28,331 bases of DNA from Promethearchaeota archaeon (GCA_016933055.1 JAFGBS010000030.1:1-28331), one strand, 5' to 3'; counted from the stretch's first letter, positions 9,032 to 18,118 are shown. Notes: generated by a model from the letters alone, not told the origin. Translations and numbers: made by a program.

Positions 9032-11176
9032 TTATTGGGTTTTAACAAATTCAATACAGTCTTCGGCGATTTTTGCTTTCAATTGTTTACTTCTGATCAG
9101 ATACGTGAGTAAATCTTTCAGACTTGTATCTTTTTTTAAGAGAGGTTGAATATACGCATCCAAACGTGTATTAACATCACTTATTGGAAGTTTGGGATTG
9201 GAATTTGATAGTATGGTCAATTTCCGTAAGAATTTCTTCCTTGCCCAATGTAGCTTTCTCTTCGCTCGCCTTAACTTTCTTTTATAATACGCATATTTAG
9301 GGTCCAATTTCACCGCTACTTCGAGATAATCCACAGCGATTTGATAGTTCCCATATAGTTTATTTACTACTCCTATATTACCCCATGGATATTTTAGCCT
9401 TGGTTCCAAATCCAATGCTTTTTTATAACATTCCATGGCTTCCTCATAGTTTTTAAGTCTATAAAAACCGCAACCTTTGTCATTCCATGCAACTGAACTA
9501 TCGGGGTCTATAGATATAGCGATATCAAAAGTTTCGATGGATTTGTGATATTTTCTTAGTTTATTTAATCCCCAACCGATTCCTATATAGGCAGAGGAAT
9601 CGTCATTATCGATTTCTACTACTTTTTTATAACAAGATATCGCTTTTTTATATCTCTTTAAATCAAAATAGGAATGTGCTAAGTTATACCACCCTTCTTT
9701 TGATTGTGAATCTAGTTTCAGTCCTTTTATATAGAAATGAATAGCTTTGCGAAACTTTTTCAGATCGTAATATAACTCCGCAATTTCAAAGCATATCTTA
9801 TCATCCGTATTATCCAGTTTTAACGCTTTTTTTAAGCATTGAATGGATTGTTTTTCCTTATCCATATACCAATATGCCTTTGCTTGCTTCTTCCATGATT
9901 CCATGTCTTTAGGATAGTCTCTATGATATTGAGTATAACAAATCGCTGCTTCTTCATACTTAGCCTTCTCGACCAACGCATCTCCAATATTCAACCAATC
10001 CTTTGCAGTATAAGCGTGGTCTACTTTAACTTCCACTGCTTTAGCAAAATACTCCATTGCATCTTGGGGTTGCTTCTTCTTGAGTAATTTACATCCTGAT
10101 TCTAACCGCGTGTTTACTTTTTCGTGAAAATTGATTAGATCTTTGGATGTATTTTCGAGTTGGTGTAGAAAATTGTGAAATTCTTGAGGTTCGGGGAGGT
10201 TTTGTTCCACGTATGCATGTTTGAACGGTTCCTCTGTGTCAAAAACAAATGCGATATTCCTAATGGGTTTTAAAATTACGTGACCGTGCTCGTAGTGAAG
10301 TTGGATAAGATCAAGTTCCAGATGTCGGTCTTCGTGGATCAACTTTTCTGCAATAAAAAACAAGTAGGATAGCATGCCCGTAATATCTGTGTCACTGCTA
10401 TATTTAGGATCATTTTTTTCTTTCTCTATATAAATCTCGTGGATTTCCTTAAATGACCCAAACAACATGTTCGAATGTATGTAATCTTTAATGCCCACGT
10501 GACCCGTTCCCAGTAATCCGGGCAGTTCTTCCTTAAAATTATGAAAGAATGTATCTATCTCTTCTTCAATCCTCTCGTCATTTTCGATGGTTTCGATGGT
10601 TTCGATACGATCCTCTTCTAGCTCTTTCTCCAGGTCTTCACCATTCCGATTAATCGTCTTAGAGTCAAAGAAATACGTAAAATCATATGCTTGCCCTGAG
10701 GGAACGATCAGTAAGAGATTCGTTAATGGAGTCACTGGGACTATTATCAAGTTTGTATATGTAGATTTAATAAATATGGTTGTAATTTTGCCTTTCTGGA
10801 GTAATTCTCCAATTTTTTCGATTGGTTCTAAGAGTAGACCGTACGAATATGCTAACATAAAAATTCCGCCTTCGTCTACCGACATCTTTTCCGATTCTTT
10901 CGACTCTTGCTGATGTTCCTTTGAATTTCCTTCGGTACTTATTTCATTTGAGTGTTCTAGTGTTTCGGTTTGACCATCTTCTGTTTTTAGGTCTTTGCGT
11001 TTATCTATTTCTTGTGTTTCCGACTGAAGATCCTGGTTCTTCGATTGAAATTTGCTTGTTAGCAAATGTCCATTAGGTTGCGCTACTGCTGCACCGTAAA
11101 TATTAATATTGTTAGCTAGAAGGTCGGATAAAATTCCGTGGAGAGATTGGATCGCCCTCTTTTCCTCTTCGATCAT
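9032..11176 (-). CDS. Tandem Roadblock/LC7-like domains plus TPR array plus C-terminal winged-helix (PCI-like) protein
   Basis: LHGILSDLLANNINIYGAAVAQPNGHLLTS...IEKIGELLQKGKITTIFIKSTYTNLIIVPVTPLTNLLLIV fits the Roadblock pattern, with a ~55-aa charged insertion. A second similar unit lies at aa ~205-320. About 8 TPRs follow (e.g. AWNDKGCGFYRLKNYEEAMECYKKALDLEP). The protein ends LLTYLIRSKQLKAKIAEDCIEF. Confidence 0.8.
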   Translation of the reverse strand: MIEEEKRAIQSLHGILSDLLANNINIYGAAVAQPNGHLLTSKFQSKNQDLQSETQEIDKRKDLKTEDGQTETLEHSNEISTEGNSKEHQQESKESEKMSVDEGGIFMLAYSYGLLLEPIEKIGELLQKGKITTIFIKSTYTNLIIVPVTPLTNLLLIVPSGQAYDFTYFFDSKTINRNGEDLEKELEEDRIETIETIENDERIEEEIDTFFHNFKEELPGLLGTGHVGIKDYIHSNMLFGSFKEIHEIYIEKEKNDPKYSSDTDITGMLSYLFFIAEKLIHEDRHLELDLIQLHYEHGHVILKPIRNIAFVFDTEEPFKHAYVEQNLPEPQEFHNFLHQLENTSKDLINFHEKVNTRLESGCKLLKKKQPQDAMEYFAKAVEVKVDHAYTAKDWLNIGDALVEKAKYEEAAICYTQYHRDYPKDMESWKKQAKAYWYMDKEKQSIQCLKKALKLDNTDDKICFEIAELYYDLKKFRKAIHFYIKGLKLDSQSKEGWYNLAHSYFDLKRYKKAISCYKKVVEIDNDDSSAYIGIGWGLNKLRKYHKSIETFDIAISIDPDSSVAWNDKGCGFYRLKNYEEAMECYKKALDLEPRLKYPWGNIGVVNKLYGNYQIAVDYLEVAVKLDPKYAYYKRKLRRAKRKLHWARKKFLRKLTILSNSNPKLPISDVNTRLDAYIQPLLKKDTSLKDLLTYLIRSKQLKAKIAEDCIEFVKTQ

Positions 11177-11339
11177 CTCTATATTCCTAGAATAGTCCGG
11201 GAATATATATTTTATTGGAAATATGACTCGATTGGGGAATCCTATTTAATAACTGGGTGCTTAATAATCTTAATTATCTTTTTTCGTTAGATTGGACGCG
11301 ATTTAACGATTAAGAAGAAGTTTTATGTAGATCTTGAAG

Positions 11340-11439
11340 TCTAAAAGAGTTTTTAGAATACATTTTTTGTTACAAATCAACTTTCTCCCACTGTAGATTG
11401 ATAGAAATGATGTTATTCTTTTCTAAAAGAGTTTTTAGA
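11340..11439. promoter_or_regulatory. Pair of identical 18-bp palindromic sites (TCTAAAA-GAGT-TTTTAGA) in a divergent intergenic region; putative transcription-factor operators
   Basis: Exact copies at 11340-11357 and 11422-11439, each with 7-bp inverted arms. Confidence 0.65.
11392..11417 (+). repeat. 26-bp dispersed repeat, copy 1 (TGTAGATTGATAGAAATGATGTTATT)
   Basis: Identical to 15996-16021. TAAGTTAATAAACT is also shared (11491-11504 and 16034-16047). Confidence 0.9.
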
Positions 11440-11564
11440 TTTCATTAAGGAATATCCCGATGTGTAAATGGGATTTTTTGTTAAGTTTGCTAAGTTAATA
11501 AACTCTTTTAATTTGCGCTTCTTATTTTACCTTAGAGAAAAACTATAACAGAGCAGAATAAAAC

Positions 11565-11972
11565 ATGAAAGGCAAGAAACAAAAAATGACAGATGAGGAA
11601 GAAGACTGGTTGTGTGAGTTTTGCGGAGAAAAAAACGCTTCCGATGCGATAATCTGCGAATGTTGCGGTCAAAGCAGAAAACTCGACTCTTATTCGACCT
11701 CCACCATGAATTCAAGGAAATTTGAGCATGAAGAGTTCCGAAAACGATTCTGGAAGTTCCGAAACCAACATCCGGACATGGTAAGAAAATTCACCCGAAT
11801 CGTGAAAGAAGAAATGGAATCAATGCTATCTCCAAGCGGAGATGTAAAAATCGATGATGTGGATGTGCCCGAACTTTCTGCCGAGGAAATTATACGAATG
11901 TCGATGACGTTAGGAATGAGTTGCGATGAAGTTTTAGATATGATGATCGAGCAATCAAAAAATTACAACTAA
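11565..11972 (+). CDS. Small protein with an N-terminal RanBP2-type zinc finger
   Basis: WLCEFCGEKNASDAIICECC matches W-x-C-x2-C-x3-N-x6-C-x2-C exactly. A T-rich tract follows the stop codon. Confidence 0.8.
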   Translation: MKGKKQKMTDEEEDWLCEFCGEKNASDAIICECCGQSRKLDSYSTSTMNSRKFEHEEFRKRFWKFRNQHPDMVRKFTRIVKEEMESMLSPSGDVKIDDVDVPELSAEEIIRMSMTLGMSCDEVLDMMIEQSKNYN

Positions 11973-12137
11973 ATTTTTTTCATTTAATTAACCGATTTTT
12001 CTTCATTTTTCATCATTTTCCTTATCCGACTAATTTTAGTTAAACACTATCTATTCGGGGGTGTCCGTGCATTAGATAAACTGAAACACGCAAAATATAC
12101 CCGAATGTAGGCAATGGGATTCATCTCACATTTATAT

Positions 12138-12389
12138 GAGGATATCGCAATGTCGCCTTGATCGTTCAGGTTACCACAGAATTGGTGACACATTCGACTT
12201 CATTTATATAGCCCGAACAACTGAAGATAAGTTAGGTAAGATGTGCGGGAGGGTGGCACGAATAAAAGAACCCAGACCTGAATGCGAAGCATGAGGCATA
12301 ATGTGTATAAAATCTCACCTAATCGACAGAAGTACGGACTGAAGCACTATGCACGACGTAGAAAGATGTTTGGAATAAGGCAGCAGAAT
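12138..12389 (+). mobile_element. Probable truncated group II intron RNA (5' end/domain I only; no RT ORF, no domain V)
   Basis: More GC-rich than its flanks. Visible pairings: TTAGGTAAGAT(12232-42)/ATCTCACCTAA(12312-22) and GTTCAGG(12164-70)/CCCGAAC(12212-18). The motif string ATGTCGCCTTGAT...TGTGCGGGAGGGTGGCACGAATAA...CCAGACCTGA...AAGTACGGACTGAAGCACTATGCACGACGTAGAAAG.TGTTTGGAATAAGG resembles bacterial IIB intron 5' regions as I recall them (not searched). Confidence 0.6.
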
Positions 12390-12411
12390 TTTTAATTATG
12401 CATTTTTGATA

Positions 12412-12419
12412 TTTATATA
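12412..12419 (+). promoter_or_regulatory. Putative TATA box for the 12441-15478 gene pair
   Basis: TTTATATA 22-29 nt upstream of the ATG at 12441. Confidence 0.45.
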
Positions 12420-12440
12420 CTTTAAGGACCAATAGAAACT

Positions 12441-14321
12441 ATGGTTTCACCACGTAAATTCCACCATTTCTCGAAGACTGCAAAATTTAATCTCGGAGTT
12501 TTCATCATCCTTATGGTTACGTTTTCCTCGTTACTGATCTATACCAACGCTATTTTCAATAAATTCCTGTATTTTATGGAGTTTAAGCCTGAAGATAATC
12601 CCCACCTCCTAAAATCAATTAATTATACCCGTCTTCATTTGCTAGTGGAAGGCAATCCTGTTGATCATAATGTATTGGGAGCGGAAATGAGGCAAGCACT
12701 CTATCACATGCCATTAGGATTTTTTGGTGTGCCTCAATTTGAAGATGGGTATTTTCCCGAGCATGGTGTTGCAGATCCCTTCTCATGGACACCTGATAAT
12801 TATGCTAGTCCCGGGTGGTGGAACAATTTATCCGACGTTCGAATGTATAGTCTAAACCATCTGGGTGACAGTCCGTGGCGATCCTCTCTATATTTACATG
12901 CACAATGTTTACGATGGGCGGTCTATAATAGAGAAGGAAATTCTGCGGGAGTTCAAGCTGCAGAACACCAAATTGCGCGAATTCTCGATGGATATTGGAT
13001 CCAAACTCGAGCTTCCGGCATTCCTGGTAATCTCATTCGATTTGCCCTTCCGAATAACACCTTTGGAAATAACGGAGAAGCACCGGACAATTTCAATTAT
13101 TATTACGGAAATATGGGTCCCGCAACCACGGTGGCTACTCAATGGGGAACCGTGGAAAATGTTGAGTACGATTTTTCCGACTGGGTGGTAGTGGGGGATA
13201 CATCCAGGGATCAAAATGTCGGTTTTTTATTCGGTATAGCGAGTATCATGAATTTTGTAGAAACTATTGAGTTACGAAAACGTGCTGGAGCTTTATTAGG
13301 TGAGGTGGTAGACAATCTGATTCGAAATGATTGGAAGGTGATTGAGCCCTTAGATGGAGATATTAATTCTCTTCGAACTAATGGAGCAGATATGGATGGA
13401 GGTCCGACCGCTAGTTGGGAGCTTCCTCCCGCATTTTTACGAGTTGCTATGGAAGTTAATCCATCAAAATATACTCGATTATACCAAGAAAGTTTAACGA
13501 GATTGAACTTCTTAATGATGCAGAATAACTACAATGGATATAAAAATGTCTGGCCATCTTTTTATCCCGTAAATCTCAACTGGATGGTGAGATTTTCTTG
13601 GTGGTATACCGATAGGAACTCTGGTATCAGTAAAACCTATTATGACTTGCTGGAGGATCATTACCAAGCAATAAAATGTTTGAAAAATGCATTCTTTCAA
13701 ACACTATACTTAGCTTTCGATCCTCAGAATCGAAATCCTGATTCTGCCGCTGCGAGCTTGTCCCACTATACTCATATTCTCTTGGAGATAAATGATTCAT
13801 TAGCCCGAATGGCTGATGATTATTGGAATGGATTTAATGTATATCAACAACCGGATTATTCGGAACTCGCATCATATTTCGAAGACAATGGGTTAGACTA
13901 CTCAAATGAAGCAGATCGATTGGAATTGCTCATGGATCCAGTTGCAGAACGATATTCCAACAATAAATTTCTAAAATTTTTGGACGATGCAGTAGGCTGG
14001 GGTGAATTAAAGGGGCACACTTTATGGTCACTGCCATTTGACTGGCGCACTAGAGAGGATTGGATCTGGCAGAGGTCTCCCTTTAATCTGCGTATTGCCA
14101 CTCCCCCCTCCTATGATATTTTACGTGAGGAATCATTAGCGGATTTCACCGCCATTTATTGGTGGGCACGGTACATGAATTGGATCGATGCCCCTAATAT
14201 TGCTCTTAATATCACACCGCAATTCGTAGCATCGAATGATGTAGCTCAAGTTTGGCAGGGACATGGTCGATTAAGTGAATTTTGTAATTCTACAAGCATC
14301 TTGGAGGGAATTCAGAAATGA
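12441..14321 (+). CDS. N-terminally anchored or exported uncharacterised protein, possibly a helical-barrel carbohydrate-active enzyme
   Basis: 626 aa. One N-terminal TM (LGVFIILMVTFSSLLIY). Rich in W/Y/N. Motifs GIPGNLIRF, GDTSRDQNVGFLFG, WIWQRSPF, DFTAIYWWARY. Confidence 0.7.
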   Translation: MVSPRKFHHFSKTAKFNLGVFIILMVTFSSLLIYTNAIFNKFLYFMEFKPEDNPHLLKSINYTRLHLLVEGNPVDHNVLGAEMRQALYHMPLGFFGVPQFEDGYFPEHGVADPFSWTPDNYASPGWWNNLSDVRMYSLNHLGDSPWRSSLYLHAQCLRWAVYNREGNSAGVQAAEHQIARILDGYWIQTRASGIPGNLIRFALPNNTFGNNGEAPDNFNYYYGNMGPATTVATQWGTVENVEYDFSDWVVVGDTSRDQNVGFLFGIASIMNFVETIELRKRAGALLGEVVDNLIRNDWKVIEPLDGDINSLRTNGADMDGGPTASWELPPAFLRVAMEVNPSKYTRLYQESLTRLNFLMMQNNYNGYKNVWPSFYPVNLNWMVRFSWWYTDRNSGISKTYYDLLEDHYQAIKCLKNAFFQTLYLAFDPQNRNPDSAAASLSHYTHILLEINDSLARMADDYWNGFNVYQQPDYSELASYFEDNGLDYSNEADRLELLMDPVAERYSNNKFLKFLDDAVGWGELKGHTLWSLPFDWRTREDWIWQRSPFNLRIATPPSYDILREESLADFTAIYWWARYMNWIDAPNIALNITPQFVASNDVAQVWQGHGRLSEFCNSTSILEGIQK

Positions 14322-15478
14322 ATAAATTTGAAACTTCCGAACTTTATCTCTATGGGTTCGATCTGGTTAAATTTCTTCACATTACCTTCCAACTTATTTT
14401 CGTGCCCGTAGCTCTGGGATGTTTACAGCATAATTTTCAAATTCTGGTCCCACTCCCAGTGGGTATATTTATTCTGTTATCCATATTCTGCAATATTGTC
14501 GTGTTCATCCCTCATTTAGTGGAAAACAGTCACAAGTTCCTGATCTCGAAGTCTTCTTCTGAGATTATTTTTGTATCTCGTCGACTGCATAAAGAATTAA
14601 CCAATAAGTATGATTTTTCCGACTATTCTCTCACCATAAACCGAATCCATGAACATTTCGGATGGATGTTTGTGTTTTTCTTGGGGTTTGCGTGGAATTT
14701 TTATCTTCAATCTGAAGGAGCGAAATTATTGAGAGTAAAAGCATGGTATCAAGGATTTCCTATGTTTTTCTATGGATTTTTCACCGTACTGTTCTACTTA
14801 GTTATGTGGTTCCTTCCCGATAGAAAATTTCAGCTCCATAACCAGAACAATCCTAAAAAATCCACCACTTTGCTCATTCCATCCTTTATAGTCTCGGTGA
14901 GAAAGAAGAATTTGTATTTTGGGAAGAATCTGGTGTCGAAAATCAACCGATTGTTGGCTATGGAATCCGCATCGGAATCAAAAACTTCCATGTCATTTTT
15001 ACAAAGTAATTGGGTGCACCTAGTTCAATGCTGTACTTGGTTTTTGATCTGGATCTTGGGAGCACCCTTCACCTTTGATCTTTATCATTACCAATTTGTA
15101 GCTGCATTTGCCTTCATTCTATTGGTTTTCCATTTACGGAGATTTTTATTCAAAAGCGAATCTCCTACCAATCCTTGGTGGATTTATCCCTTCTGGGCAG
15201 TAGTGTTTCATGAAGTAGGAATTAAAGCATGGCATGTGACTGCCTTGGCAACCTTATCTCCATCTTCCATCATCTGGACTCTCCCCGTCTCATGGTTTCT
15301 CTATATTTTGGTTATTGGGGCAACCTTACTCGAATTCTTGAACTCAAAAAACCGTAACTGGACAGTATTCCTATCGATTCTTATTATGGAACTGGGGCTT
15401 CAATTCACGTCATTCTTATCAACATATAGAATTATTCCGTTTTTTATTTCCTTAATCGAACTAGGACCCTTAATTTAA
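14318..15478 (+). CDS. Polytopic membrane protein of unknown function
   Basis: 386 aa with about 9-10 hydrophobic spans. ATGA overlap (14318-14321) with the upstream gene. Confidence 0.75.
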   Translation: MNKFETSELYLYGFDLVKFLHITFQLIFVPVALGCLQHNFQILVPLPVGIFILLSIFCNIVVFIPHLVENSHKFLISKSSSEIIFVSRRLHKELTNKYDFSDYSLTINRIHEHFGWMFVFFLGFAWNFYLQSEGAKLLRVKAWYQGFPMFFYGFFTVLFYLVMWFLPDRKFQLHNQNNPKKSTTLLIPSFIVSVRKKNLYFGKNLVSKINRLLAMESASESKTSMSFLQSNWVHLVQCCTWFLIWILGAPFTFDLYHYQFVAAFAFILLVFHLRRFLFKSESPTNPWWIYPFWAVVFHEVGIKAWHVTALATLSPSSIIWTLPVSWFLYILVIGATLLEFLNSKNRNWTVFLSILIMELGLQFTSFLSTYRIIPFFISLIELGPLI

Positions 15479-15683
15479 TCTATTTTCTTGTTCTGCCGTT
15501 TTCAACGATATGGTTCCCAAAGATAATGCAGATTATAATTGTAAGTAAAGAAATTTATTCCCCGGCTGCGTTCAATATATTTTAAATATTCAACATTTAT
15601 CCCGTGTTGTTCAGCAATCTTGTTAACTGAAATACTTAATATTATCATAAAAATTAATCGAACGTATAAAATCTAATACACCA

Positions 15684-15848
15684 TTTAATATCAAAATATG
15701 GTTGCCCTAAACTATACCAAGTATCTTTAGATTGAGAATCCAATGTCAGTGTTTTTTTATAGAAATGGATAGCTCCTCGGAATTGTTACAAATCGTAATA
15801 TAACTCAGCAATTTCAAAGCGTACCTCATCATCTGTTTTATCTAGTTT
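15684..15848 (-). pseudogene. Decayed fragment paralogous to the TPR region of the 9032..11176 gene
   Basis: KLDKTDDEVRFEIAELYYDL*QFRGAIHFYKKTLTLDSQSKDTWYSLGQPYFDIK aligns without gaps to 9656-9820 (38/55 aa identical by hand). In-frame TAA at 15786-15788. Confidence 0.9.
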
Positions 15849-15995
15849 TCAGTGTGGGTATCCTTATCTAGAAAAAATTATGCTATTATACATATTAATT
15901 TAGACGAACCTCATAGGTAAAAGCGTTTATGAAATATTCTCATAATCGATAAGGTGTTTCATTTCAGATCTATTATAAAACACTTGGATTTATAT

Positions 15996-16021
15996 TGTAG
16001 ATTGATAGAAATGATGTTATT
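15996..16021 (+). repeat. 26-bp dispersed repeat, copy 2
   Basis: Identical to 11392-11417. Confidence 0.9.
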
Positions 16022-16284
16022 TATTAACTCTGTTAAGTTAATAAACTTTATTTAGAAGGTTTCATATTTCAAAGGTGAGTGATTTCTTTAGAGTGGGGGT
16101 TAGGAATAGGTTTCTGAATGATGGGGATTTGAGGGAGTCCCTTATTCCAATTACTTTCTTGTTGTTCATGGTCTGATTGTAGATTAATCGAGTAGTAAAT
16201 TCAGTTATAGTATTGAACATAACCGAACTAGCGACATTGAGCCAAATGACACTGGCATAATATAAAATCTAAATTAGTAGGTGT

Positions 16285-17112
16285 ATGAAAATTAAAATCA
16301 ATAAGAAAAAGCAGAATTTGGATGTGAAGGGGTTTTTTAAATCTAAATATCAAAAAAGCCTGGATTTAGAAGATTTAATTGAAATTGGTAATTTGTATTA
16401 TGAAGAAGGAATTTATTATGAGGCTGCAAAATATTATGACCTTGTTTTAGATGAAAATCCAGACCTTATTCAGATTTGGAAGAAAATTGGAAATTGTTTT
16501 CTGAAAACTGGGGAATATAGTGAGGCAAATATGTGCTATACCATAGCGTATGAACCAGTTATTGATTTAAAGAATCATTATGAAGAAATGATGGAGCAGG
16601 AGGATTATAATGAGAATGAAGATGAAGAAGGATTGGTAAAAGAAGAAAGAGAGGAGGAGGGGGAGGAGGGAGCAGTAAAAGAAAATGAAGAATATTTCTT
16701 GAGTAAAAGTCTCTTGAAAAAACTGATTCATAGGCTGCGAAACCGATTTGCTACTACTACTAAAACACCCCTATCTTCTAAATTACCACTTGTTAATGTT
16801 TCACGTAGATCCTGGGAATATCTTGTGAATGGTTCCAATAATTCCTTATGGCCATTCCCCATAACATTGGCTTGTGATGCTAGAAGATATGTATGGTTCT
16901 GCACGAAATATGGGTGGCATCGTAAGAAAGAAAGGATTTTTGTTGACGATGAGGAGTATCCCGTCGTTTGGGACATTGTGCATTTGCTATTGAAACATAC
17001 ATCTAGAGGAGGACGTTTTCATATCACCGATTCCATGGTGTTTCTTGATCGAAAGAAATATTATGAAACAATTTGTCGTATTAAAATTATAGAAGGGAAA
17101 AATAATGTGTGA
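16285..17112 (+). CDS. TPR protein with a Glu-rich linker and an unassigned C-terminal domain
   Basis: Two TPRs (LIEIGNLYYEEGIYYEAAKYYDLVLDENP; IWKKIGNCFLKTGEYSEANMCY), acidic tract EEEREEEGEEG, then a ~110-aa alpha/beta segment. AGGTGT RBS before the ATG. Confidence 0.75.
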   Translation: MKIKINKKKQNLDVKGFFKSKYQKSLDLEDLIEIGNLYYEEGIYYEAAKYYDLVLDENPDLIQIWKKIGNCFLKTGEYSEANMCYTIAYEPVIDLKNHYEEMMEQEDYNENEDEEGLVKEEREEEGEEGAVKENEEYFLSKSLLKKLIHRLRNRFATTTKTPLSSKLPLVNVSRRSWEYLVNGSNNSLWPFPITLACDARRYVWFCTKYGWHRKKERIFVDDEEYPVVWDIVHLLLKHTSRGGRFHITDSMVFLDRKKYYETICRIKIIEGKNNV

Positions 17113-17254
17113 TTTGCTATAAAAAATATCCAGCATTTAGATGATTCCGATAATTCAATCCACTTAGCATTTAAGAGCGCGAGTTGAAAAATGCATTTAA
17201 ATTTGGGAGCCTTCTGTTTATGTTGATTTAGGTATGAATATAATCATAAATACC

Positions 17255-17570
17255 TTAGATTAGTGTTTTTACCAATGCATCTAATCTCTCTGCATTGTAG
17301 CATTCCACTTCACGTCCATCAAAGTGGTCAATTTCAAATTCAAAATTTTTGCTGAAAATGATGTACTTGTAGTTCATATCTCTTGCTTTTCGGTTATAGA
17401 GAATATGATCTTCATACCGAATTGCTTGTTTCATAAGTGCGTTTGGGTTTTGGGGTTTATTTGTCCATTTGCATATCCCCAATAATGCTTCATTCTGTTG
17501 GGGATCGAATGCTAGAATGTCGCATTCCTCCATCACTTGATCTATTTTTCCCCACCAACGTCCAATAAGT
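17255..17570 (-). pseudogene. C-terminal DUF234-like (PD-(D/E)XK-type) fragment of an archaeal ATPase-DUF234 protein
   Basis: IGRWWGKIDQVMEECDILAFDPQQNEALLGICKWTNKP matches the GRWW...EIDIVA...GECKW pattern. No upstream ATPase domain is present. Confidence 0.7.
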
Positions 17571-17579
17571 AAAACGACC

Positions 17580-17858
17580 ATGGATGCAATTTGCTGCCAC
17601 GTTAAGAACGAATTCCAAGAGAATATTGAAATTTGGTTCCCCAAAAGAGTCATTCATCCAATTTATGGTTTTGATTATGAGAAAGAACAGATTTTTTATA
17701 TTCAAGAATGGTTGGTGAAGAATCAGCAGAAAGATTTGGGGCGAAATAAAGAATTAAATAAGGAATATGTGACATCAAAAAAGAATGCAGAGCGTTTTTA
17801 GAAGGATTATGAAAAATATGGCGAATTCGCTTACATGATTATTAAAATGTATTCATGA
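17580..17858 (+). pseudogene. Possible gene fragment with an in-frame TAG (17799-17801)
   Basis: Protein-like IHPIYGFDYEKEQIFYIQEW...KKNAERF*KDYEKYGEFAYMIIKMYS reads across the stop. Family not recognised. Confidence 0.35.
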
Positions 17859-17929
17859 ATGGGTGTTAAATGAATCAAGTCAATAATGTTGATAGGACAA
17901 GTTTCTTACTTATGCTAAGAGGGTTTATC

Positions 17930-18118
17930 TTGTGTGAATTACTCGGATTGTGTTTTAATCGGCAAATTAATGCGAGAATCTAGTTTCACGCGTTGAAGAG
18001 ACGTGGAATTTATAATCCCCGTGGTTGGGGTTTAGCTTATCATCCAGATGAATCTGCTCAAATTTTGAATTGACCTTTCCAATATTCTTATTTCTCGAAA
18101 GGTCTAATATTGATCTAA
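17930..18118 (+). pseudogene. 5' remnant of a second class II glutamine amidotransferase (paralog of 24399..25193)
   Basis: TTG start after GAGGG gives MCELLGLCFNRQINARI*FHALKRRGIYNPRGWGLAYHPDESAQILN*PF. 24/47 aa are identical to the intact copy and 27 of the first 30 nt are identical. Stops at 17981-83 and 18071-73. Confidence 0.9.

Noticed and set aside
15490-15650. ~48-codon minus-strand ORF (MIILSISVNKIAEQHGINVEYLKYI...)
   Set aside because: It is short, has no clear RBS and has only a vague HTH-like look. Support is insufficient.
11340-16047. CRISPR array or IS ends suggested by the short repeats
   Set aside because: Only two copies of each repeat exist, with no regular spacer period, no cas or transposase genes and no target-site duplication.
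1-18118. Stop-codon reassignment or programmed readthrough as an explanation for the many in-frame stops
   Set aside because: The interrupting stops are of all three types (TAA, TAG, TGA), co-occur with frameshifts and truncations, and intact genes here end normally with TAA or TGA. Decay is the simpler explanation.
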